A stretch of DNA of 64,000 bases from Burkholderiales bacterium (GTDB lineage Bacteria; Pseudomonadota; Gammaproteobacteria; Burkholderiales; SG8-41). Made by a program: the position numbers and the translations under genes. Below the pieces are notes generated by a model, which searched no databases, was not told where the DNA came from, and saw nothing but the letters and a program-made list of their open reading frames with translations. Below are positions 27,277 through 36,099 of this stretch, piece by piece (the first letter of the stretch is position 1; every line of letters begins with the position of its first letter). The stretch covers positions 45,979 through 109,978 of the forward strand of contig JAHCAI010000004.1 of assembly GCA_019634975.1 (NCBI GenBank), given 5' to 3'.

Positions 27277-29349
27277 TCAGCAGCGGACGATCAGACCGTC
27301 CACCGCGACCACGCCTTCGCCGTCCTTGCGGACGATCAGCGGGTTGATCTCGGCTTCGGTGATGTCCTCGAAGGCGGCCAGTTGCGAGAACGCGGCCACT
27401 GCAGCGGCCAGCGCCTTGCAGTCGCCCTTGGTCATCCCGCGGTAACCGCGGATCACCGCGAGGCCCTTGACCTCCTCGATCATCTGCAGCGCGGTGTCCG
27501 GTGTCACCGGCGCCAGGCGCATCGCGAAGTCCTTGTAGATCTCGGCCAGCACGCCGCCGACGCCGATCACCACCAGCGGGCCGACCTGCGGATCGCGCTT
27601 GAAGCCGACGATGACTTCCGCCAGGCCGCGCTCCATGCGCTGCACCAGGATGCCGTTGAGCTTTGCCTGCGGATGCTTGGTTTTCACGCTCGCGAAGATC
27701 TTCTCCGCCGCCTGCTTCAGCTGTGCCGCGTCGCCGATGTTCAGCACCACGCCGCCGGCGTCGGTTTTGTGCGCGATGTCGGGCGACAGGATTTTCGCGA
27801 CGACGGGATAAGTCATGTCGACTTTCGCATTGGCATCGGCCATCACCGCGGTCTGCGCCTGCGGCACGCCCAGCGCGCCGAAAACGGCACAGGCCTGCTG
27901 TTCGTTGAGCTGCTTGCCGGAGGCGGCCTTCAGCAGCGCGCCGGCCGCGGCGGTCTTCTGCGCGTCGGGTTGCGGAATCGCGACCGGCGGCGTCCATGCC
28001 TTCCAGGCACGGATCGCATCGGCACAGGCTTCCGGCGTGCGGAAGCCGGCGACGCCGGCGCTGGCCAGCAGTTTCAGCGAGGCTTCGGCGTGCGGGGCGA
28101 GAAATACCGCCAGCGCCTTGTTGCCGCGGTCGGCCTCGACCAGCGGCTCCACCGCGATCTGCGGCTGGAACTGCGCCGAGCTGCCGGCGACCGCCAGCAC
28201 CAGGTCGCAGTGGTCGGAGGCGAGCAGGGCGTTCAGCACGCCGCCGTAGATCTCCTTTTTCGCGCCGGCCAGTGTCAGGTCGGTGATGCGCGACTTGCTG
28301 ATGCTGATGTTTTTCTGCGCCAGTGCCGCGACCAGTGCATCCGTCGGCCCGACGACATCGACGCCATAGGTACCGATGCGATCGACCACGCAGGCGGCAC
28401 CACCGCCGGTGGTGGTCATCGCCGCAACCCGGTGCTGCTTGTTCGGCTTGCGGCCCTGCACCAGCGCCGGCAGCTCGAATAGCGCCTCAAGCGTATCGAC
28501 GCGCAGCATGCCGTGGGCCTTGAAGAAGGCATCCACCGCCTCGTCGGTGCCGGCCATCGCGCCGGTATGTGATGCGGCGAGGTCCTGGCCCACTTCGGAA
28601 CGGCCCAGCTTGTAGACGATCACCGGCTTGTTGACCGCATAGGCGCGGCGCGCGGCTTCGGCCAGGTGCGGGGCGTCGCGTATCGTTTCCATGAACAGCA
28701 GGATGGCTTGGGTGTGCGGGTCATCGACCAGCAGGCCCGCGAGTTCGCCGACACCGAGGTCGGCCTCGTTGCCGACGGAGATCAGTTTCGAGAAGCCGAC
28801 ACCGCGGCCGAGCCCGCGCGACATCAGGCCGCCCATCATGCTGCCCGACTGCGACACGATCGCGAGCCCGCCGGGGGTGATCTCGAGTTTTTCCAGCACC
28901 GCGTTGACCGACAGCGCGAGGTGGGTCTGGGTGCTCAGCAGCCCGATGCAGTTGGGGCCGATCAGCCGCGTGTTGCTGCCGCGGATGATGTCGTTTAGTT
29001 CCTGCTGCTTCGCGCGGCCCGCTTCACCGGTCTCGGCGAAACCGTCGCTGTAGACGGTGACCACCGGGATTTTCTTGTCGACGCACTGCTTCAGCGCCGC
29101 CGGCACGGCCTTGGCCGGCACCATCACGAAGGCGTGGTCGACTTCGCCCGGAATCGAGGCGACGTCGGGGTAGGCCTTCTCGCCGAAAACCTCGTCACGG
29201 CCCGGATTCACCGGAATCAGCTTGCCCCGGTAACCGTGGCGCTTCAGGTAACGCTGCGGACGCGAAGTGTTTTTCTTCTCGTCGCTCGAGGCGCCGATCA
29301 GCGCGATGGAGCGGGGGTCAAATACGGCTTGATATAGATTGGTCGACAT
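27277..29349 (-). CDS. acetate--CoA ligase family protein (NDP-forming acyl-CoA synthetase)
   Basis: 690 aa. N-terminal CoA-binding domain (SIALIGASSD...PVNP), a central CoA-ligase domain and a C-terminal ATP-grasp. Confidence 0.85.
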   Translation of the reverse strand: MSTNLYQAVFDPRSIALIGASSDEKKNTSRPQRYLKRHGYRGKLIPVNPGRDEVFGEKAYPDVASIPGEVDHAFVMVPAKAVPAALKQCVDKKIPVVTVYSDGFAETGEAGRAKQQELNDIIRGSNTRLIGPNCIGLLSTQTHLALSVNAVLEKLEITPGGLAIVSQSGSMMGGLMSRGLGRGVGFSKLISVGNEADLGVGELAGLLVDDPHTQAILLFMETIRDAPHLAEAARRAYAVNKPVIVYKLGRSEVGQDLAASHTGAMAGTDEAVDAFFKAHGMLRVDTLEALFELPALVQGRKPNKQHRVAAMTTTGGGAACVVDRIGTYGVDVVGPTDALVAALAQKNISISKSRITDLTLAGAKKEIYGGVLNALLASDHCDLVLAVAGSSAQFQPQIAVEPLVEADRGNKALAVFLAPHAEASLKLLASAGVAGFRTPEACADAIRAWKAWTPPVAIPQPDAQKTAAAGALLKAASGKQLNEQQACAVFGALGVPQAQTAVMADANAKVDMTYPVVAKILSPDIAHKTDAGGVVLNIGDAAQLKQAAEKIFASVKTKHPQAKLNGILVQRMERGLAEVIVGFKRDPQVGPLVVIGVGGVLAEIYKDFAMRLAPVTPDTALQMIEEVKGLAVIRGYRGMTKGDCKALAAAVAAFSQLAAFEDITEAEINPLIVRKDGEGVVAVDGLIVRC

Positions 29350-29366
29350 AAACTCAAATAAACATG

Positions 29367-29474
29367 AGCCACAAATGGCACAGAGAAAATCAGATTAACA
29401 GGATGAACAGGATTTGCAGGACAAAACGGGTCAGAAGCCCGGGGTTTTTATCCTGTGAATCCTGTCTATCCTGT
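29367..29474. repeat. composite palindromic element E1 (CACAGAG-type half module plus ACAGGAT-word hairpin)
   Basis: Left arm 29398-29427 and right arm 29444-29474 pair at about 25/31 positions around a CGGG-N7-CCCG mini-hairpin. 29367-29391 resembles the left end of element E2. Confidence 0.7.
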
Positions 29475-29491
29475 AAGTCAGGTTTTAAAGC

Positions 29492-30646
29492 TCAGGCCTT
29501 CGGCGGACGCTGCGAGAAGCTGCGTTCGAAAATGCCCTCGGCGATGCGGTTCTTCAGGATCTCGATCGAGCCGCCAGCGATCATCCAGCCGCGGCACTTG
29601 CGGAAGCAGTATTCGACCAGCGATTCGTCGGTGTAGCCCATGCCGCCCATGATCTGCATCGCCTCGTTGCAGACGTCAAAGCCGGCCTGGTTGCAGAAGG
29701 CCTTGGCGATCGCGGTGTCTTCGGCCGAGGGAATGCCGTTGTCGGCATTGACCGCCGCCTTGTAGAGCAGCAGCTGGCCGGCGTCGAGCTTCATTTTCAT
29801 GTCGGCGAACTTCCACTGGATGCCCTGGAACTCGCAGAGCAGGCGCCCGAACTGCTTGCGCTGCATCGCCCATTCGCGGGCCACGTTGTAGGCATAGCGG
29901 CCGAAGGCCAGCGAGCGCGCGGTGTTGCCGATGCGCTCGACATTGAAGCCGGCGATCTGTTTCTTGAAGCCGCCTTCCTTGAGCATCACGTTCTCGGGGC
30001 CGACGTAGACATTGTCGAGGTAGGTCTGCACCCAGTCTTCGCCATTCATGAACTTGGCCGGCGCACCCTGCTTGAAGCCGGGGGCGTCACGCGGAATCAG
30101 CACCGAGCCGATGCCGCCCACGCCGGGGCCAAAGCGCACATAGGTCAGCATGACCTCGGCGTAGGAGGCGTGAGTCTGGAACACCTTCACGCCGTTGATG
30201 CGGTAGCCCTCGCCGTCGGGCGTGGCGGTGGTTTTCAGGTCGGTGACCGCCGAGCCGGCTTCCGGCTCGGTCATGCCGACGGTGATCACCGATTCCCCGG
30301 CGAGAATTTTCCTGAGGTAGCGTTCCTTCTGGTCCGGGGTGCCGTACTCGGCGAGCACGCGCACCGGACCGAAGTTGCCGGCCTGGATCACGTCCGCGCT
30401 GCGCGGGCAGACCGAGGAAATGGTCTCGATGGCGATGATGGCGTCCATCAGCGAGCCGCCCTGGCCGCCGTCTTCTTCCTTCATCGTGATGCCCATCAGG
30501 CCCTGCTCGGCCATCAGCTTGGCGACGTCCCAGGGATGCTCTTCCTGGTGCGCGCGCTTCAGCGCGCCGTCACGCAGGTGGCGCTCGGCAAAACCGCGCA
30601 CGGCGTCGCGGAACTGTTCCTGCTCGGGGGTGAACTTGAAATCCAT
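29492..30646 (-). CDS. acyl-CoA dehydrogenase family protein
   Basis: 384 aa. Typical ACAD N-, middle and C-domains, with the C-terminal QIMGGMGYTDESLVEY...GGSIEI. Confidence 0.9.
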   Translation of the reverse strand: MDFKFTPEQEQFRDAVRGFAERHLRDGALKRAHQEEHPWDVAKLMAEQGLMGITMKEEDGGQGGSLMDAIIAIETISSVCPRSADVIQAGNFGPVRVLAEYGTPDQKERYLRKILAGESVITVGMTEPEAGSAVTDLKTTATPDGEGYRINGVKVFQTHASYAEVMLTYVRFGPGVGGIGSVLIPRDAPGFKQGAPAKFMNGEDWVQTYLDNVYVGPENVMLKEGGFKKQIAGFNVERIGNTARSLAFGRYAYNVAREWAMQRKQFGRLLCEFQGIQWKFADMKMKLDAGQLLLYKAAVNADNGIPSAEDTAIAKAFCNQAGFDVCNEAMQIMGGMGYTDESLVEYCFRKCRGWMIAGGSIEILKNRIAEGIFERSFSQRPPKA

Positions 30647-30775
30647 GATTTGAACCTGCAGATTGATGAGGTTTCGATTTTACCGTCCGTTGTCCTCTGA
30701 GTCAGTACGCCGCAACGAACCCACATCATGGAAAACTGCAAGCGGTTTCAAACCGCCCGCAGTGCTGTGATGCGC

Positions 30776-31678
30776 TCAGGGATACATCGCCCAGCCCGTG
30801 CGATCCGTTTCCGCGCGGAAGAAGTGGCCCTGGGTGCTGGTGACGAACAGCGTGCGCATGTCCGGTCCGCCGAAGCAGCAGTTGGTCGGCCGGTTGCAGG
30901 GCACGGGATGGGTTTCGAGCACGCGGCCGGTCGGCGAGAACACGTAGATCATCGGGCCCGGCCCCGCCACTTCCCAGCCGGCAGTGGCGACGATGTTGCC
31001 GTCCGCATCCAGCGTCATGCCGTCGATGCCGCGATGCACTCCCCTGTAATCCTCGCCCCAGGTGAACAGCGTTCTGTACGGGCCGAGGCTGCCGTCATCG
31101 CGGATCGGGTAGGCGCGCAGTTCGCGCGCGATGCCGGCGGTGAAGCTGCTTTCGGCGACATACAGCGTGCCCTGGTCCTGCGACACCAGGATGCCGTTGG
31201 GCTGGGTGGTGTCGAAGACGACGCGGGTGATCGAATAGCTGCCGTCCTGCTGCGGATCGAGGCGGTAGACCGAGCGGTTGTCGAGTTCTTCCTTTTCCGT
31301 GTGATCGACGTTGCCGTCATTCCAGGGATTGGTGAACCAGATGCGGCCCTTGCGGTCGATGGCGAGGTCGTTGGGCGTGTTGAGCCGCTTGCCTTCGAAG
31401 CTGTCGGCGATCACCACGTTCTTGCCGTCGGGGTCGAAGCGCATCAAGCTGCGTCCGCCCTGGCAGCAGCCGAACAGGCGCCCCTCGGCGTCGTAGGCGA
31501 GGCCGTTGACGCGGTCGAGCCCGGTGCGCCAGGGCGTGATCGCGTTGGTCTTCGGGTCGCAGCGGAAGATGGTGTTGGCGTGGATGTGGGTGAAGTACAG
31601 GAATTCGCCGTCCCACACCGGGCCTTCGGTGATCGGCAGGCCGATCGGTTTTTTCAGGAGTTCGAATTTCCAGGACAC
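30776..31678 (-). CDS. SMP-30/gluconolactonase/LRE family protein
   Basis: 300 aa beta-propeller type. EGPVWDGE and repeated NG(L/I)xxD blades. Confidence 0.8.
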   Translation of the reverse strand: MSWKFELLKKPIGLPITEGPVWDGEFLYFTHIHANTIFRCDPKTNAITPWRTGLDRVNGLAYDAEGRLFGCCQGGRSLMRFDPDGKNVVIADSFEGKRLNTPNDLAIDRKGRIWFTNPWNDGNVDHTEKEELDNRSVYRLDPQQDGSYSITRVVFDTTQPNGILVSQDQGTLYVAESSFTAGIARELRAYPIRDDGSLGPYRTLFTWGEDYRGVHRGIDGMTLDADGNIVATAGWEVAGPGPMIYVFSPTGRVLETHPVPCNRPTNCCFGGPDMRTLFVTSTQGHFFRAETDRTGWAMYP

Positions 31679-31806
31679 GGGGACTCTCCTTGATGCCGTG
31701 GACGTTCGTGCTTCGATGCTTCGACAAGCCCGGCATCAGCACGAACGGATTATCCGGGAACCGTCCGCCCCGGTCTTGTCGAGGGGCGGACGGCGCATGC
31801 CGGTGA

Positions 31807-33210
31807 TCAGGCCTTGAGCAAAGGACGCAGCTTGGTGACGCTGCCGACTTTCTCGAGGCCCCACACCGCGTCGCAGAGCTTGCGCGCGCGCGCCTTGCCG
31901 AGGATGGGCGCCATCAGGTGATAGCACTTCTCGTCGACCTCGGCGCGGGTCATCGGGTTCTGCGCGGTGCCGCGCACGGCCTTGACGTGGTTGCGCAGCC
32001 TGCGGCCGCCCTTCAGCGTCAGTTCGACGATGCCCTGGCGCGAGGGCATCGCGCGGGTCAGCGCGTCGTCGCCGAGCAGAGTGATGCGCTTGCGCAGGTC
32101 GAGCACCTGCCTGTCGAACATGCGCTTCTCGTCGTGCGAGGACTCGAAGGTGACGATGCCGTCGATCAGCATCACCGCGCACATGTGCTGCATGCAGATG
32201 TCGGGCATGTTGCGGTTGTCGGTGGTGTTGGCGCCCTGGTGAGCGACGCGGATCACCAGCTTCTCGACGTCGGCAGCCTTGATGCCGTGCTTGCGGATCA
32301 GTTCCAGCAGGCCGTCGAGCGGCGCCTGGATCGGCGAGCCGACCGACCAGCGCTTGATGTTGGTGTTCATGATCTCGTAGGTCTTGCCGAGATCCTTGAT
32401 CAGCCGCTTCGGATCCGGCTTGCGGCCGATGCGGCGGGTCTCGTCGTAGGCGATGTAGAAATTGCGTTCGCCCGAGAACACGTCCTCCACCGCGGTAAAG
32501 CCGCGCGACACCATCGAGGCGGCCGCCGTGCCGTTGCGCGCCGGCATGCCGCCGAAGTCGAAAGCTTTCTCGATATGCTCCTCGTCGCGCATCCAGCAGG
32601 AGATGCCCGAGCACTGCTGCGCGGTGTAGGAGAGGGCGTGGCGCATGCCCTTGTAATCCAGTCCGGCCAGCAGCGAAGCTGCCGCCGCGGCGCCGAAGCT
32701 GGGGCCGAAGCTGTGCGTCGAGTGGCCGACCTGGCGGAAATCATAGGGGTGCAGCGACAGGTTGATGCGCGCGCAAAGGTCGTAGCCGAGTGCGACCGCG
32801 CGCAGCAGGCGGGTGCCGTTCGATTTCTCGCGCTCGCCCATCGCCAGTGCGGCGGGCACCACCGCGCAACCGGGATGCGACAGCGAGGGCGCGTGGGAGT
32901 CGTCGGTTTCGTCGGCGTGCGCCAGCATGCCGTTGATATGCGCGGCCTGCTCGGCATTGGTGACGATGTCCGAGCCGATCACCAGCGCCTGCGGCGCGCC
33001 GCCCAGGGTTTTCGCGTAGGCGATGGCTTTCTCGCCGGGCAGCAGGCGCGAACCCGAGACCATCGCGGCGATGGTGTCGAGCAGGTGGTGCTTGGTCTTC
33101 TCCGCGACTTCCCGGGGCAGCGGTTTTTTCGCGGCGGCGGCCATATAGGTCGCCAGGGTTTTCATCAGCGGGGACACCGCGGTCTTGGACGCTTTCGATT
33201 TGCTGCTCAT
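31807..33210 (-). CDS. MmgE/PrpD family protein
   Basis: 467 aa. HHLLDTIAAMVSG and NGMLAHADETDDSH motifs. Its start overlaps the SDR stop (ATGA). Confidence 0.8.
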   Translation of the reverse strand: MSSKSKASKTAVSPLMKTLATYMAAAAKKPLPREVAEKTKHHLLDTIAAMVSGSRLLPGEKAIAYAKTLGGAPQALVIGSDIVTNAEQAAHINGMLAHADETDDSHAPSLSHPGCAVVPAALAMGEREKSNGTRLLRAVALGYDLCARINLSLHPYDFRQVGHSTHSFGPSFGAAAAASLLAGLDYKGMRHALSYTAQQCSGISCWMRDEEHIEKAFDFGGMPARNGTAAASMVSRGFTAVEDVFSGERNFYIAYDETRRIGRKPDPKRLIKDLGKTYEIMNTNIKRWSVGSPIQAPLDGLLELIRKHGIKAADVEKLVIRVAHQGANTTDNRNMPDICMQHMCAVMLIDGIVTFESSHDEKRMFDRQVLDLRKRITLLGDDALTRAMPSRQGIVELTLKGGRRLRNHVKAVRGTAQNPMTRAEVDEKCYHLMAPILGKARARKLCDAVWGLEKVGSVTKLRPLLKA

Positions 33211-33983
33211 GGCATGATCACTCCGCCGTTGATGTGGATGGATTGTCCGGTGATGTAGCGCGCGTCGGGTCCGCAGAGCATGCGCACCATCGCCGCGATT
33301 TCCTGGGGCTGACCGCGCCGGCCGACCAGCGGCAGCGTCCTGCGGTGATCCGGGCGTTCGGGCGCGCCGGGCAGGCCGCGCACGGTATCGATGGGACCCG
33401 GCACCACGCAGTTCACCGTGATGTTGTGTTCGGCGAGATCGTGGGCGACGGCCTTGGCCATTGCCGCGAGGCCGCCCTTGGCCGTCACCACATGCGAGCG
33501 GTGCAGGGCGCCCTTGTGGCCGGTCAGGCCGCCGATGTAGACCAGCGAGCCGCCGCCGGCTTTGATCAGGTGGGGCAGCGCAGCCTGCGAAACCAGGAAG
33601 GCGCCGTCAAGCACCGTCGAAATCACGCGGTGCCATTCCTCGAGGGAAATCTTGTCGAAGGGCGTCTCCGCGCGGATCGCGGCATTGCTGACCGCCATGT
33701 CGAGCCGGCCGAACTGCTTTACGGTTTCGTCGACGAGGTGTTTCACTGCGGCAGGATCGGTGATGTCGCCCATGCACAGCGCGGCCTTGCCGCCCGCCTT
33801 CTCGATCATGGCGACGGTTTCCTCGCCGGCCTCGCGCGAGGTGTTGGCATTGATCATCACCTTGGCACCGCCTGCGGCAAGCGCGCGCGAGATGGCGCGG
33901 CCGATGTTGCGCGCGCCACCGGTGACCAGCGCGACCTTGCCGGCGAACTCGTCGCCGCGCCGCATTGCAATCTCATAGGCCAT
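33207..33983 (-). CDS. SDR family oxidoreductase (FabG-like fold, atypical active-site positions)
   Basis: TGGARNIGRAIS cofactor motif, SNAA, PGPIDT. 258 aa. The expected S...YxxxK positions read IGG...HVVTAK. Confidence 0.85.
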   Translation of the reverse strand: MAYEIAMRRGDEFAGKVALVTGGARNIGRAISRALAAGGAKVMINANTSREAGEETVAMIEKAGGKAALCMGDITDPAAVKHLVDETVKQFGRLDMAVSNAAIRAETPFDKISLEEWHRVISTVLDGAFLVSQAALPHLIKAGGGSLVYIGGLTGHKGALHRSHVVTAKGGLAAMAKAVAHDLAEHNITVNCVVPGPIDTVRGLPGAPERPDHRRTLPLVGRRGQPQEIAAMVRMLCGPDARYITGQSIHINGGVIMP

Positions 33984-33990
33984 AAATTCC

Positions 33991-34009
33991 CTTTATAATC
34001 AATAACTTA
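33991..34009 (-). repeat. AT-rich intergenic motif, copy B (short: TAAGTTATTGATTATAAAG)
   Basis: Read directly. Truncated relative to the other copies. The plus strand reads AATCAATAACTTA. Lies immediately upstream of the SDR start codon. Confidence 0.55.
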
Positions 34010-34252
34010 CAATACATATCCGGAGCGCCTCAGCGGGAGCCGCGACACTTCGGGATGGTCGGCGATGCGGGGCACTGGATGGCGCGCGGAACACTGCGCC
34101 ACTGCGCGGACGCAACGCGCAACATTGAACATCGGGGTCTCCTCCGGCAGCCGCGATGCAAGGCCCTGCGCGGCGACGGGATGCAATTCAAGCAGGCAAA
34201 TTGATTCTAGCAGCCCGCAGGCGCGCCCGTCGGCTGATGTCCGTACTGTAAA

Positions 34253-34774
34253 ATGCCGCTTTGCGCAAAGGGGCATGCAGTGAAAAAACCGAAGGTCGGC
34301 ATCGTCATGGGCAGCCAGAGCGACTGGGACGTGATGCGACATGCCGTCGACATGATGCGCGCCTTCGGTGTGCCCTTCGAAGCCCAGGTCGTGTCTGCCC
34401 ACCGCACGCCGGACCTGCTCTACCGCTATGCCGAGGCCGCGGCCCCGCGCGGCCTGCAGTGCATCATCGCCGGCGCCGGCGGCTCGGCGCATCTGCCGGG
34501 CATGCTCGCCGCGAAGACCATCGTGCCTGTGCTCGGCGTGCCGGTGACCTCGCGCGCGCTGAAAGGGCTTGATTCGCTGCTGTCCATCGTGCAGATGCCC
34601 AAGGGCGTGCCGGTGGCCACCTTCGCTGTCGGCGAGGCCGGCGCCGCCAACGCCGGGCTGTTCGCCGTGGCAATGCTCGCGCGCGAGGATGCCAAGCTGG
34701 CGAAAAAGCTCGCGACCTTCCGCAAGAAGCAGGTCGCCGCCGTGCGTGCGATGAAACTGCCGGTGAAAAAATGA
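34253..34774 (+). CDS. purE: 5-(carboxyamino)imidazole ribonucleotide mutase
   Basis: [11 protein letters not shown] and [11 protein letters not shown] motifs. The start could instead be GTG 34280. Confidence 0.9.
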   Translation: MPLCAKGHAVKKPKVGIVMGSQSDWDVMRHAVDMMRAFGVPFEAQVVSAHRTPDLLYRYAEAAAPRGLQCIIAGAGGSAHLPGMLAAKTIVPVLGVPVTSRALKGLDSLLSIVQMPKGVPVATFAVGEAGAANAGLFAVAMLAREDAKLAKKLATFRKKQVAAVRAMKLPVKK

Positions 34775-34798
34775 ACGTCAAAGGCGAAAACCTTTTTA

Positions 34799-34921
34799 GC
34801 CACAGAGGACACAGAGAAAACCGGGTTTGTCTTGTTCCCGAATTATCGGCACGCGGCAACTCAGTGCAGATATCGTCAAATAACCCAAAGAACTCTCTGT
34901 GAACTCTGTGTCCTCTGTGGC
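34799..34921. repeat. palindromic element E2 (CACAGAG-word arms) between purE and purK
   Basis: Perfect 18-bp inverted repeat: GCCACAGAGGACACAGAG (34799-34816) and CTCTGTGTCCTCTGTGGC (34904-34921). They are separated by an 87-nt lower-GC spacer. Confidence 0.8.
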
Positions 34922-34939
34922 TGATTTGGTTTTATACCC

Positions 34940-36076
34940 ATGATTTTTCCCGACGCCATGCTCGGCATGCTCGGCGGCGGTCAGCTGGGGCGCATGTTCA
35001 CGCTCGCCGCGCACAGCATGGGTTACCGCGTGACGGTGCTTGATCCGGATCCGCTGAGCCCGGCCGGCGCAATCGCCGACGTGCACCTGAAGGCGGCCTA
35101 CCAGGATGTCGAGGCACTGCAGCAGCTCGCCGACAGCTGCGCCGCGGTGACCACCGAATTCGAGAACGTGCCTGCCGAGAGTCTGCGCTGGCTGGCAAAT
35201 CACTGCACGGTGCGCCCCGGCGGCGACGCGGTGGCCGTGGCCCAGGACCGCATCCGCGAGAAAGCCTTCTTTCGCGCTGCCGGCCTCGGCGTTGCGCCGT
35301 ACGCGGTGATCGAATCCGATGACGACCTTGTCCATGCCCCGAAGACCCTTTTTCCGGGGATCCTGAAGCGCGCGCGTTTCGGCTACGACGGCAAGGGCCA
35401 GGCCCGGGTCGCGGACGTGGAGGAGGCGCGCAAGGCTTTCAAGGCCATGGGCGCGGAATCCTGCGTGCTGGAGCAGCGCATCGAATTGCAGTGCGAGATT
35501 TCCGCGGTGGTCGCGCGCGGCGCCGACGGCCTCGGCCGCAGTTTTCCGGTGGCGGAGAACCGCCACCGCGACGGCATCCTCGATGTCAGCATCGTGCCGG
35601 CGCGCGTGCCGGGCGATCTGGCGAAGCTTGCCGAGGAGTGGGCGCTGCGCGTCGCTGCCAGGCTGGAATACTGCGGCGTGCTGGCGGTGGAGTTTTTCGT
35701 GACCCGGGACGGACAGCTGCTGGCCAACGAAATGGCGCCGCGCCCGCACAACAGCGGCCATTACACGATCGACGCCTGCGCCACCTCGCAGTTCGAGCAG
35801 CAGGTGCGCACGCTCTGCGGCCTGCCGCTGGGCGACACCCGGCTGCTCTCTCCGGTGGTGATGGTCAACCTGCTCGGCGAGGCCTGGCAGCATGGCCAGC
35901 CGCAGTGGGAACGCGTTTTTCTTGCGCCGGAAGCCAAGCTGCATCTCTACGGCAAGCACGAGGCCCGTGCCGGCCGCAAGATGGGGCATTTCACGATGCT
36001 CGGCGCCGGCGCGGATGCCGCTTTGCAGAAGGCGCTGATCGCGCGCAGCGCGCTGTATCCCGACTGGAACGACTGA
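34940..36076 (+). CDS. purK: 5-(carboxyamino)imidazole ribonucleotide synthase
   Basis: ATP-grasp protein with [11 protein letters not shown] near the N-terminus. 378 aa. The start could be one of the in-frame ATGs at 34958/34967. Confidence 0.9.
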   Translation: MIFPDAMLGMLGGGQLGRMFTLAAHSMGYRVTVLDPDPLSPAGAIADVHLKAAYQDVEALQQLADSCAAVTTEFENVPAESLRWLANHCTVRPGGDAVAVAQDRIREKAFFRAAGLGVAPYAVIESDDDLVHAPKTLFPGILKRARFGYDGKGQARVADVEEARKAFKAMGAESCVLEQRIELQCEISAVVARGADGLGRSFPVAENRHRDGILDVSIVPARVPGDLAKLAEEWALRVAARLEYCGVLAVEFFVTRDGQLLANEMAPRPHNSGHYTIDACATSQFEQQVRTLCGLPLGDTRLLSPVVMVNLLGEAWQHGQPQWERVFLAPEAKLHLYGKHEARAGRKMGHFTMLGAGADAALQKALIARSALYPDWND

Positions 36077-36099
36077 CCCGAGAGCCGAAGCGAATCCCG

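Noticed and set aside
34021-34252. Small ORFs (34065..34283 +, 34007..34492 -) or a purine riboswitch in the long purE leader
   Set aside because: The ORF translations are Arg/Ala-rich with no RBS. I could not recognise the conserved purine-riboswitch junction or loops. The region is left unannotated.
34799-34921. Possibility that the word arrays in elements E1-E3 are mini-CRISPR arrays
   Set aside because: The repeat units are only 7 nt with 2-3 nt linkers. There are 2-3 units per arm, arranged as inverted arms, with no spacers of CRISPR size and no cas genes.
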